Under the pieces are notes generated by a model. It was not told where the DNA came from and did not search any database. It saw only the letters and a list, made by a program, of their open reading frames with translations. A stretch of 53,808 nt of DNA, counting the filler, from Sphacelaria rigidula (lineage: Eukaryota), in the NCBI GenBank assembly GCA_964200075.2. It is 4 parts of 4 records of this genome, joined end to end, with 100 filler letters (N's around TTAATTAATTAA, not from the genome) between each part and the next. Parts side by side here need not be neighbours in the genome. Positions count along the whole stretch, not along the records: positions 1 to 13,378 come from CAXNAA020002924.1; 3 more parts are not named here. One strand, 5' to 3'. Positions 1 to 11,469 of this stretch are shown piece by piece. Each line of letters begins with the position of its first letter. Within the stretch, counting starts at the first letter, position 1. Position numbers and translations under genes: made by a program.

Positions 1-209
1 CTAGTGATGCTATGTGTCAGACATATGTTCGCAAGCGTATCGCTCAGCAATTTCCGACGCTGATGCCGTCTATGTTTCCGGGCGCTTTGGCGCACAAAGA
101 GGTGCCTTACGCCTCCGTAGACGCGATGTGGACTGCGTTTGTAGATCAAGAACATAATTTAACGCCTGCCATTCGTGGCACATAGTGTTCTTCTGGGTCT
201 TCGCAGACC

Positions 210-533
210 TTGCGTGCCGCATCCACGAGTACCTCCGGGTCTCGTGGACGCACTCATACTTTGTCCAGTAATACTTGGACACCCAATTCTGTCGGTGGAT
301 CGATCATGTCCGTTCATAGCAAAAAATACCCCTTCCGAGCAAGCTTCGACACTTGGCCTTACTCGGCAGATACTTTTGATGGCGTTTATGCCGTCTCCAC
401 AACTGCTTTCATCACGGATTACCCACATTTGTGGACCCCCCTGATTTCGCCTTCGGCTCGCAAGGATGTTTTTCGTCGCCATGCTAACACATGAATCAAC
501 TGCAATGGTACTGGCCACAGTATGCATGACTGC
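210..533 (+). pseudogene. gag: Gag C-terminal region with CCHC zinc knuckle (element A)
   Basis: Reading through TGA 492-494 gives *-IN-C-NGTG-H-SMHD-C, i.e. C-x2-C-x4-H-x4-C with the first Cys codon mutated to a stop. Confidence 0.75.
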
Positions 534-1584
534 CCTGAACCTTGCATCACTACTTTTTCGCTCATAAACCCTGAACTTCAGAGCAACGGGCCGGCGTGGC
601 GCCGATAGCAAAAACGCATGCGCGAGTATCGTACACCGTCTCGCCACCATCGCCAGCCTTACCACAATCATAGCGACTCTCGCTCACATCGCGACCGCCG
701 CCACACCACCAACACCGTCTCAGGTACTCGTCATAGAGATAGTTCTTTCCGCCCTCCTCAGTATTCGCATGGTCATCACCAGCGAACGGGGCCGACTCAC
801 GACGACTCAAACCCAATGCCAGAAACCCTGGCTCTTTCATGACAGATCGCAACGACCCATGATACGCATACGATGACGGCGTGTAGTCTTCGGCGCCGCC
901 GATAGCAGAATCGAAGACTCATCGAACACCCACCGCCGCTTGGGTGACAAAACGTTCTCACCCGAACGTTTCCACACTATGTAGGAGATCTAATGACCGC
1001 CGTTCTTCTCGACCCCCGTCTTTATCTTCATACACACAGCGTGATTAACCACCCAGCTCTATGCTTGGCTCCATACTTGGTCCTCCGGAACTAAGTATAA
1101 ATCTGAGGTGTGGGAAGACCGACCGCAGTCCCTTAAGGCACAGGCTTTCCTTAACGACCGCACGCACCGGTTGTAGCAGACTTCCTCCGACTGGTTCTGG
1201 CGTCGATGGTTCGAAACTGACCACTTCAAACCCTTCGACTCCTACCCAGCCTGATCGCAGTCGATCTTCGCGTCACCCTTCTGCCGCGAAACTACCCCGA
1301 CATACAGCGGACAACACTCGTGCCCTTTCACATTTAGCAGTGCCCTTCGTACCGAGCTTGCCAGCGGACAGTCCACCAGTTTCGGCCAAGCATGCCCCGA
1401 TGCTGACAACATCACCTCAACTTGACGCAGTTGCAGTTTCCGAATAAGTTTTGGAAGTTTCCAGCCATTTGTCACGGCACGAGAGGAAGCCTCGTAGTCA
1501 TGCCCCCAAGGCCGCGCGAGCATTGACACGCCCCCCTCCCGTCAGCGGAAAATTCCGACATCATTCTCCCCAAAAGCGGCGACT

Positions 1585-2260
1585 TTGAGCTCGATCACAT
1601 TGCCAGGCATCCAAGAGGAATCCAAATCGGACCTTTCAGACGGTACCGCTTCCTCCCCTGATAGCCCCAGTGACACTTCGCAGCAATATATTTTTAATGA
1701 TGACCCTTGTACTTCCAAGCCAGTCATCTATGAGATTGATCACAATCCTGATTCACGCTGCCCTTCACGATCGGATCAGACCCCCGCGCTGTCTGCCGAT
1801 ACCTTTGAACCCCCCACGGATCACCCGCCATCCGTTTTCACGGTCAGTCCGACTAATCCTGACCAATTCACGTTATCTGAACATGGACCTGACCTCGTCG
1901 GTGGTAAAGTGTCTGTTGATCCTGCCACCTTCACTACCCGCGTTGCATTACACCGCAAACCTTACGCCACCACGCGCGCCAAGTGCGAATCTTTACTAGA
2001 CAGCGGTAGTCTACAGACATTCATCAAAGAATCCATGTGGCACCACATGAAGCAGACTAGCGCTGCTTCCGATGTTTGCGAAATCACCACCCAACCTCGC
2101 GTTTGGGGCCAAATCACCCTTGACGACACGAAAGTCTGTTCGTCTTAGTGTACAATTTTTCCACAATGATACACGTTCGGCTAGTCTCGCAGTCTGAGCT
2201 TACATCGTCCGTGACAGCACTATGCGTCATGCTCTCCTTCTTGGCAGAGGTTAGCTACAT
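1585..2260 (+). pseudogene. Retropepsin-like aspartic protease (element A)
   Basis: CESLLDSGSLQTFI with catalytic DSG at 1999-2007; frameshifted downstream. Confidence 0.8.
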
Positions 2261-2851
2261 GCGGTTCAAAAAACGTACGTACCGCACCCTTCCACCATTA
2301 TCGCCTCAGTCGGCGCCTCGTGGAGAACTTCAACTAGACCACTTTGGTACCCTCCGTGGTGCCTTAGCCTACAAAAAGAACGAGCAGGCTACCGGAGCGG
2401 CTTACCACCTTCGGTACAATGGCAGTTCTGGTGTCACCCTTTCCGACGAGCCTCAACTTTTGGAAGTTTTGCTTGTTCGCCGCAACGGTGTGCCTGCCCT
2501 TGCCGGCCACTACCTTGCCGAATTGCTGCCTAAAGTTGGTGCGCCCGCCGGCACTGAGCATTTTGTCTCGGACGGCGAACGACTCCTGCCTCTCATAGGC
2601 CATGCTAATTTGGAACCTGGCGATGACTTGGGCATCGCCGCGGCTCCTTTTATGCACATTCCTCTGGAAACCTGTGTAGCCGACCCTCCGGCGCCTGATC
2701 CCCCACCGCCAACTGATGGTTCTGTTCACTGCGTTGATGAGCCATACTTCGACCTATCCCCCTCACCGCCGACTCGAATTTCTGCGGTGGAATCCGACAG
2801 ACCCCCTGCTGAACCTCCTGATGAAGTGCTTCGGTCGGATCTCGGGAACAC

Positions 2852-3925
2852 TTGCTGCAAATGTGGCACCAACTTCCACCTCATTTGCGTGATATCCATT
2901 TCGATCTACATGGTCCGGGCTGGGAGCCCGCTGTCATCCAAGAGTTACAAGATGTTCTGCTGGAATATCAGGACAGGTTTTCCCGATCCAAGACGGATCT
3001 CGGGCATTGTAAAACATTGCCATTCGAGATAACCCTGCAACCTGGCGTTTCGCCAATCTCATCCCGACCATATCGAACGAATCCCCTCCTCACCAAAAAA
3101 TCCAATGCTATTTTGGATGCATACTTAGGAGCTAGTCTGATTCAACACTCGTCTTCGCCATTGGCCTCACCCCTCGTGGTCGTCCTCGAAAAAGATGTCA
3201 ACATACGTATCACCGTAAATTACAAACGGCTGAATCGCGTCACTGTCGTGGGGAAACTCCCCATACCTCGCATTGACGAAGTCTTCGACTCTCTCGGCGA
3301 AGGAAAAATATTCAGCACTTTCGATCTGGCATCTTGGTTTTTCCAAAATGCAATTCACCCCGATACAGTTCCCTTGACAGCATTCTGTATATCTTCAGGG
3401 CTTTATGAATGGCTTCGTATTCCACAAGGCGCTGCCACCGCACCTGGCTGCTTTCAACGCCTCATGCAACGCGTTACGGACGGTCTCGAGCATGTTATCA
3501 TGTATCTAGACGATGCTATCGCTTTTGATGCCTTCCCCAAGGCGCATGTTCGCACTCTACGGGAATACCTCTCCCGCTTACGTATACACGACTTGAAATT
3601 GTCTCCATCCGAAGCTCGACTCGGAGCGACTGAATTGGATTTTTTGGGACACTCTACCTCCCCTGCTGGATTGCACCCAGACACGAGCAAAGTCAAAGCT
3701 ATGACTGATATGGCCATGCCCACCAATATTTCGCAGCTTCGCTTGCTGTTGAGCGAGCGTTCTTATTATCGCAAATTCTTGCCCAACTTGTCCACGCGGA
3801 TCCGGCCCATCACCGATTTATTAAAGAAAAACGTCCCGTTTGTCTTCACTAAAGCAATGGAAGCTACCGTCCGTGAATTGCTCGAAACACTGACCGAAAA
3901 ACCGGTTCTTTACTTTCCGGATTAG
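2852..3925 (+). pseudogene. pol: Reverse transcriptase (element A)
   Basis: SRPYR, SSSPLASPLVVV, IRITVNYKRLN, PIPRIDE, FSTFDL, TAF, YEWLRIPQG, YLDD (3503-3514), FLGH, YYRKF. Confidence 0.95.
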
Positions 3926-4325
3926 GATGCGGTACAAGACGGCTCACGTCTTTTCCAACTACACACCGATGCTAGCACAGACGGGTTCGGCGCAGCTTTG
4001 AATCAGCCTTAACTGAATGGCTCTGTCCGACCTATTTTGTACATCAGCCGCGCAACCCTCCCAAACGAGGCAAATTGGAGTCCACTCGAACGTGAAGGTG
4101 GAGTCATTACCTCGGCTATTTAACGGCTTCAACAGTACTCGTTCCACGTGCCTTTCCACATATATACAGATCACGGAGCTCTTGAACAACTCGCTAAGAT
4201 TGGAGAACATAACCCCCGCGTACAACGGTGGCTGGAGTTCTCGACTGCTTACCAGTACACCGTTAAACACCGTCCGGGCAAAATCAACGGTAATGCTGAC
4301 CTTCTTTCGCGATTGCCTCTGCCCC
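3926..4325 (+). pseudogene. pol: RNase H (element A)
   Basis: FQLHTDAS..GFGAAL, FHIYTDH, RVQRW, NGNADLLSRLP; interrupted by a stop and a frameshift. Confidence 0.9.
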
Positions 4326-5063
4326 CTACAGCGGTAGATTTCAGTCCCGCTTGCCGCTTGACTGAACCTGATGAACCAGGCGTCTACCCCATTCGGCGTT
4401 TTTCTACGCCCATCTACGCGCTTGATCTGCAATGCCCTGAAACAGGTCTGCACATGGGGGCCCCCCGCCCTCTGCCCCCTGATGCAGTTTTGGATGGTTT
4501 AGCGCCCACAGCTGCTGATTTTTCCGACTTCCGCACTTTCGGCCCTCGCGCGAACATCTCGGTGCCGCCACCACCAACTGTTCACCTCATCTCCGACAAG
4601 ACGCGTTCTCGGTTGGCAGCTCGTGCAAATTCTTCGCGTACCGTGATACCACCGCCGCCACCGTCGGCCGCTTCTAGCAATGCTTCGTCGCCGCCGCGTC
4701 GTGCCCCCACGAGCCGTACAACACCTACCACAACCGGTCGCGTGCCCAGTGTTGTACCGACAAAGCCCGCACCTTGTGCGCCCAATGCGCCGATCACGTT
4801 CACCTGTTCGCGCTAGCCCCACGCCGCCTTCTGCGAATCTCCCTGCACCTGCGCCTCTGACTCGCGATACGCATGCGTCCGATCCGCTTCCGGATCAAGA
4901 TGTTGACGTCGGCACCCCTGTCTCCTCACCTGTACCACCCCTTCCTGAGCCACCATGTTTGGTTGGCTCTCCAGCTGAAGGACAGCTTCGAGAACTCCTC
5001 GCTAGCTACCCTCACTGCGACTGGGCTAGCGTCCAACAATAGGAACCGCTCTGTCGCGCGACA

Positions 5064-6418
5064 ATGCGGTGCTCACGGCTTAACTGCCCCACCCCTTTCC
5101 CGGCTAAAATCCTGACCCCCGGTGGCACTCTACCCGCCCCCACCGCCTCTGAAGTGCTCGAGCGTGCACGCAAAGGTACTATCTTCACGACTGACGACAA
5201 CGTCCATTTGCTTGTTCTCCAATCCAACTCCCATTTGGGCACGGCTGCCGCAGTAGCAACTGCCACTCCGGCACATATGCGTCATGACGCTCCTATCCGC
5301 ATCTATGTCCCTCTCATGATGCATCCGTTGGTCATGAAGGGCTGTCACTCTGATTTGTCCTGCCACTTGGGCGTCACGCGCACGTTAGCGCACCTTGAAC
5401 GCTTTTATTGGTGGATCGGCATGGAAGCATCCATGCGTTTTTGGATCCGACGATATTTCAAATGTCAGGCTCGCAAAACCTCTCGACAGACTATACGATG
5501 GCCGGTGATTTCGATGGAACTTCCAAACGCTCGTGGTCACTTCGTATCGTACTTCGGCCCTTTACCCACCACTGACCGTGGCAATATCTACATTCTGCTT
5601 TTCACAGATCGTTTCAGCCGTCACGCGGTTATGTACGCTGTTACTGCTAGCAATTTCACTGCTGCCGGCACAGCGGATATTCTCGTCCATGACTACATTA
5701 AGCACTATGGCTGCCCGAAACGGCTCCTCTCCGACAATAATCAATAATTTTTCTCCAAACTCTCGGACGCTTTGTACAAGCTCCTCGGCATTCGCAAAAT
5801 TGCCACGAGCGCCTACCACCCTAAGGGTAACGGTGGAACTGAACGTGTAAACCACACGATGGCTCAAATGCTATCCATGGTCGTGAACGACCGTCCGAAT
5901 GACTGGGACCTTCATCTTTCGCATGTCATGTTGTCTTACAACAATTCGGTTAACGCGGCTACCGGTCTTTCGCCCAACGAGCTGCATCTTGGACGCTATC
6001 CTCGTCTACCCATCACCGTTTCGAAAGACATACCTTCGATGGTCACCAAGGTCTGGAACTAGATCAGATGTCCTACCACGACCTCGCCAGGGCTCGTCAG
6101 CGCAAGGCTTTCACCTTGATGCGCGAACAACACGCTATCAACGCCTCACGCCTTGAAAAATCCAATACTGCCCTCTACAACTCGATGCACAAACGCTCTA
6201 CTTGGAAGATCGGCGATTTGATCTGGATCTACAACAGTTTGTCCACCATCCGTCAAGGCGCTAACTGCACTGCCCAGACAACAGTCTTGAAGACAAAGTT
6301 GTCCCTCAATTGGACGGGAACGTTCGAAATTCTCATTGTCGGACCCTCGCCGACGTCTCCTGACGGCAAGCCTGTTGGCGACAAACCCCTCTACCTCAAT
6401 TTTCCTCGTGACCCCTAG
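5064..6418 (+). pseudogene. pol: Integrase, HHCC and DDE core (element A)
   Basis: CHSDLSCHLGV..RFYWW..FKCQARK; LFTDRFSR; RLLSDN; YHPKGNGGTERVN; YNNSVNAATGLSP; GPY/F-like KLSLNWTGTF. Confidence 0.93.
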
Positions 6419-6601
6419 GGACATGACGCTAAATCTCGCGTCTCTGTGCATCGCTACAAGCCTTGCACGAACCCGCATGACACTACTGACATGCCTCAAT
6501 ACCTGCCTGCAGGTCTCATTCAATACGTGCTCAACATCTACTCAACAAAGTCTCCACCGTACCACGTTACCACCGATGACGTGACTGAACAACCTCTCCG
6601 C

Positions 6602-6775
6602 TTGGCCGTGTCCCACATTTCCGGCCACCAAATCACTCGAGGTCCTGGCGGCAAAATTGCTGTCATGTACAAGACACACTGGCAAGGTCTTCGGCGTGCG
6701 TCTTGGGAACACGCGTCCGACCTTCAACTGCACTGTCGTGCTATTCTTCTTAGTTGGACGCAATCCCCACAGCAA
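6602..6775 (+). other. Integrase chromodomain (element A)
   Basis: AVSHISGHQITRG..VMYKTHWQGLRRASWEHASDL matches the chromodomain pattern V..I..H....Y.V.W.G....SWE...L. Confidence 0.75.
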
Positions 6776-6934
6776 TAGCTCGCTGATAACAAGGGATATC
6801 GCAACATGAGACGCGGTGCTCCAGCCCGCGAACTCCACCGCGACAAAGGATTACGGTTTGTAGCCGATGGTTACGACCTCGTACCCACCAAACAATGGGA
6901 CGAAAGGATTCGCGCAAAACCACAACCGCTCCCT

Positions 6935-7130
6935 AAAGATGCCTATTTGTGGTATAAAGGCAGCTATTATCTCTGGTGGCTAGGTCAGATCCACTCCGTT
7001 GATGCCCACGCGGCCGACACGTACATCGTGCGTTTCCTCGACGACCCTGGGCCCGTTCAGCTCAAGCTCAGCCCCGATTTATACACGACTAGCCCCTCCG
7101 CACCCCGCGGTTCCTGGTGCCTACAGCGCT
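6935..7130 (+). other. PWWP/Tudor-like domain at the Pol C-terminus (element A)
   Basis: DAYLWYKGSYYLWWLGQI..(10 aa)..YIVRFLD resembles the PWWP consensus GDLVWAK..GYPWWPA.I....YLVRFFG. Same frame as the chromodomain, separated only by TAG at 6776. Confidence 0.55.
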
Positions 7131-7830
7131 TCAAGCCACACGGCCTACGCCGAGGCCTTCAGCACAATATCGATCGTACACCCGACATCAATGCACCATC
7201 TTGAGTCCTATCTCTTTGCACGCCCTATATCGCGATTTTTTTCTCCCCTCCCAGTTTGGTTCTGGTACTTCCCTTGTCCCTACTCAGGTATGCTCTCCTA
7301 TTCACTGCTTCACCTACCATGGCTCTCCTATCACGGCTCATCTCTGCCCTCATCGGCCCCTTCGACGCCTTCCTTTGGATCCCCTTAGCCCCTTCCATTG
7401 GCTTCTACGCTGCCGCCACTTTGTTCAGCTGGCACTCGACCCTTTTCGGGTCCTTGACTTTCTGTTTCCCTGCTTGAGATTGCCACTGTGCCCTTTGAGA
7501 GGATTTCCTTTGCTTTTTATCTAGCTAGCGCGTCAAAGCATTGTGGGCTTTTTCCCGTCTGTTCGCCAGCTCGCAGCGGCATTGTGTGCTACTGCGCAGT
7601 CAACCGCAATCGCGTAATTGCGCTTTTTTAGGCACCTCTGCCTTTTCTCGTTTGAGGTGTAGGAGGATTGGGCACGGGCTGGTTATTGCCCTCTTTTGTT
7701 TTTCGAGTTGTCTCCTAATGATTTGATGGGTAAGACAAGCCTCAATCTTAGTTGCTCTTGAGATTTCATCGCAACTCAAATAGAGGTTCGTCTGGGTGGG
7801 TGAGTGTCATGAGGAAGGAAGATAGAGAGG

Positions 7831-10287
7831 CGTTATTTGTTCCTACAGACAGTTTTGGGGCAGGATGGCTCACAGATCATTCGATCTGTTCATGGGAATA
7901 CTCTCATGGCTCTGGGGAAGGTTGGTGTGCAGACTGGTGTACCCGAGCTGGGGAACGTTCGTGTACAGACTGGTGTACCCTAGTCCCGAGAAGGTGAAAC
8001 GCCTTCTCGGGTCGAGGTCAGATAGGCTGCGTTGCATGTATATCATGCACCCTCGCTCACTCTTGAGCTGCTCCCTGAGCTGGCTGGATCATCTGTTCCT
8101 ACTGCTTACCTTTGGTGAGAACAGTACGCTAGGCGAGCAAGAGAACAGCAAGTGAGAATTTCAAGATATCAAGCCTTCGAGCTCCTTTTGTCTGTTTACT
8201 ACTGTTGGCCATCGGTCACGTGAATCTGTGCGTATGTGAAACTCATATCTGCAGCTTGTTCTACTCGGACATATTGCACCTTGTGCATCTTACCAAGCTT
8301 GCAGTGCATTGATCTACCAAGGAAGGTGTGTGGAGTCTGTTCATACCTATCCTTATTATACTGGCGTTGACTAATTGGCCGTGTCTTGCTTGTTTTTTCA
8401 GTAGCCGGTCACGCGTATTCTTGTAGCCTTGTTGCCTTGTCTAACTGTCTATTTCTGTAGCCCACGTTTGCTGCTTCTCATTTTTGGTTCACCCTGTACT
8501 TTCCCTTTTGTTTGTAGCAGTTTTTGTTTTACAGTTCCTTGTTTTCGTTTAGCTTTTAGAGTCTTTCTTTTTTGCTGTGTTGCAGTACTGCAGTTCTGCA
8601 TCCCTTCAGTTACATTTCCGCCGTAGCCGCCACAATTGCGCCTCCACCGCTTGCGCACTCTGTCTTTGTCCTTCTCATGCTTTGGTCGCTCCCTCTGCTG
8701 AGCCGCACTCTCGATCTATAGTGCCCTTGCTCTACTGTCATCATCCTTCCTGCCCCACATCGCTCGCCGAATATCCCGCCCAGCGCTGTGTCAGATTGCT
8801 TGTTGTAAACCCTTCCGGACAGTTGACATTATACCCTACTGGACATATCCAGAACACGCTGCTTTTATCTTACGGCGAAAGCGATTATACCTTCCCCCTT
8901 GCAGGCCGTTGACACTTGTGTGCCGCTGCTATGTCTATAGTGCGGTGTCCTCTTACTCTTGACACGGACTATTTTAATGTTTTGGGTCATCACTTACAAA
9001 GCGCACGCTTAATTTTTCGGTGCAACAACTGTGCAGGTCGTAACTGCCGCTCCACCGTGTCGCAGTACAGTGGTGCACATCATCTGTTCTTCCGCATGAC
9101 AACCTGCCCTAACACAATTGACAATTATCGGTGCTATCCTTCTGTCACTGAACCCTCCATCAGGTTTCAACAACACCCCAGCGCCGCTTCTAAATGTTTC
9201 GCTGGGTGTGCACTACACGATCCACTTTTCATCTTTGGGTTGTGCATTACGCGACACGCTTTTCATCTTCTGTGTGTTTCGGGTGATACATGTTCCATCT
9301 CTCGTGTGTGTACTATGTGACACATTTTTCTCTTTTGGTCCTGTACTGCGGATCCACCCTTTGGTATTATCCTACGTTATCCGCCCTGTCCCTCTTCGGC
9401 GCTGTACTACCTGGTTCGTTTTACGATTTACTGTTGCTTTTTGAAATTTCGTATTCCCCTGTAATCCTTTCAGTTGGCGCCTGATCTGCCCCAACATTTG
9501 TGTTTCAGTTGGTTGCTCCAGCTGTCTCCTCTTGGACCCCTGCACTTGACTCCAGTGTTTCGCACCCTCGCTGCCGCTCTTTTGATTAAATTTCTGTATT
9601 GAATAGCACAACTATTTACACATCGCCTTCACCTTGGCCAAGTGATCTACACCAATCTTGGTGTGTACTTTCGCGGTCTCGAGTTGTGTTTACCTACACT
9701 TTCTGTGTGCGGTGTCCTACTTGCACCACTGAAGTACCCTTGTTCAGTGTGTGCCTGGCCACTAAGTCCCCCTGTTGTATTTAACGTGCACAGTGCGCCG
9801 TCGGACATCTGTCCAAGTGTCCGCCTCCTTTCACAGTCGTCTCGTTGTTAGGTTTTGCTCTTGCACCTCACCGCTCTTGTGACAACTATTGGCTTTGTCT
9901 GTGAGTTTGTCCCTTGACGACTATTAATACCTGTGGTACACCTTCAGTGCGCCTTCCTGCGGTCCCCCATACACAGTTTCCTCTACAGGTGTCGTATTTT
10001 TTCCGCAGCTTCCTTTTTTTTCGGCGTTTAGCTTCAGTTCTTCATTCTTTGCTCTGACATGTGCCCTTTCGGTACATATGAAAATTACCGCGATTACGCT
10101 GATTGTTATAATCACCGCAGTTTACTCTACTTCGGTGTGCCTCCACTTATAAATTTTGTTGTCTTTACTGCTTAATTTTCATTTCGGTACTTACGATCCC
10201 CTGCCGAGCCTACATTACCTGCTATTATTACACCAGAACTCTTGTACTCTGGTGTCTAGCGTCCATTTTTACCTCTTCAATTTAATA
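7831..10287 (+). repeat. Candidate long LTR between element A and a following element
   Basis: Preceded by a purine tract GAGGAAGGAAGATAGAGAGG (7811-7830, PPT-like) and followed by a PBS-like TGGCGCAACCACAGG. The ends CGTTA...TAATA are each one transition from TGTTA...TAACA. T-rich and non-coding. No second copy in the window to confirm. Confidence 0.35.
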
Positions 10288-10303
10288 TGGCGCAACCACA
10301 GGA
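10288..10303 (+). promoter_or_regulatory. Candidate primer-binding site (tRNA with 3' GCCA end, possibly Ser)
   Basis: TGGCGCAACCACAGGA directly after the T-rich block and before a GC-rich leader/ORF region. Confidence 0.4.
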
Positions 10304-10497
10304 AATAAGTCTCCCCTCGGCCCTTCCTCCTTACAAATTTTCACGCCGCCAGCGTCTCCTTTCATCACTTCCTTTGAAACCATTCACTCTTACTTCCTCT
10401 GTACACGAAGAAGTAATATTCGACAGAGCTTCGGCCCTCCACTCTGGCGACTCCACGTCTCAAGATTTGGTTGCTAGTGGCGACCACGACCGCCATT

Positions 10498-10750
10498 TGC
10501 TCAAGACTTCCAACATGAACGACGAGTCGCTACGCGCTCGCTCTGTTGCGAAACGCACACCCGTCCAAGACTCCCGACATGATCGACGAGTCGCTACGCG
10601 CTCGCTCTGTCGCGGACCGCCCACTGTCCAAGACTTCCAACATGATCGACGAGTCGCTACGCGCTCGCTCTGTTGTGAAACGCACGCCGTCGCGGAGTTC
10701 CAACATATCGCCGAGTCGCCACGCGTTTCCAACACTTGTGCAACGCAAAC
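10498..10750 (+). repeat. Tandem repeat, ~62-nt unit, 3 good and 1 degenerate copy
   Basis: CAAGACTTCCAACATGATCGACGAGTCGCTACGCGCTCGCTCTGT-like core recurring at ~10502, 10566 and 10629. Confidence 0.9.
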
Positions 10751-11287
10751 CGCTCCAGGCTTCCGCCGCGGGTATCGACTCACTCCGCACTCGCGGTGTT
10801 GACGAACGACATCCGTCCATGCCTTGCGGTGTTTTCGGTACGTCGCACAAGGGTTTCGATGCCTTACAGCGCCCGCGACGACACGACATGCATCGTGAGG
10901 ATACTTCGTTCACCAGCCATCGCCCCGAACATCCTCCTCGCGTCTTGGCCGCTCAGAAGAGCCGTACACAGGGCACCTGCCTTTAGTCACGGCTCTTGAG
11001 TACTTGCTTCGTTCATCGCCGGCTGTCATTTCTGACGGTCCGGCGACAACTGCCCTTTCACCAGCGCTTGCGGTCGTGTTTCACAGAGCCGTTCAACATT
11101 CAACGTCCTCAGATCACGTTCACTTTAACAGTAGTGTGAACCATCAGGCCTCTATACCAGCGACTGCAGACCATGATGACGAACGTTTGATCTCAGATGT
11201 TCCCTTTGATTCGGATATGGATAGTGACGACACTGTCCACCATGGTGATCGTACCACTCATGTTCATGACGTACGTGCATTGCTATC

Positions 11288-11469
11288 GACTAATGCCGAG
11301 ATAGCCCCCCCACAAAACGTGCACCGGCACCATCCCACGAACCGGGTGCGATCCCACTATTGGGCNNNNNNNNNNCGTGCAGCACGAAACCAGCTTTAAC
11401 GGCAGTTATGATCATCGCCTCCGTGCACATTTTTGGCCGGTTTTTTGGGGGGCTATCTCGGCAGCAGTC
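11288..11469. mobile_element. MITE with ~24-nt TIRs and 4-bp TSD (contains a 10-N gap)
   Basis: GACTAATGCCGAGATAGCCCCCCC ... GGGGGGGCTATCTCGGCAGCAGTC, flanked on both sides by TATC. Confidence 0.8.

Larger units (their letters stand above)
1..7204 (+). mobile_element. Ty3/Gypsy LTR retrotransposon A, internal gag-pol region, decayed (5' end outside window)
   Basis: Domain order gag knuckle-PR-RT-RH-IN-chromodomain is the Gypsy order. Many in-frame stops and frameshifts (e.g. stops at 492, 3923, 5745, 6416, 6776). Confidence 0.95.

Noticed and set aside
7256-10115. Many short hydrophobic ORFs suggesting an env-like gene
   Set aside because: By-product of T/C-rich composition; no long ORF or signal-peptide/TM architecture.
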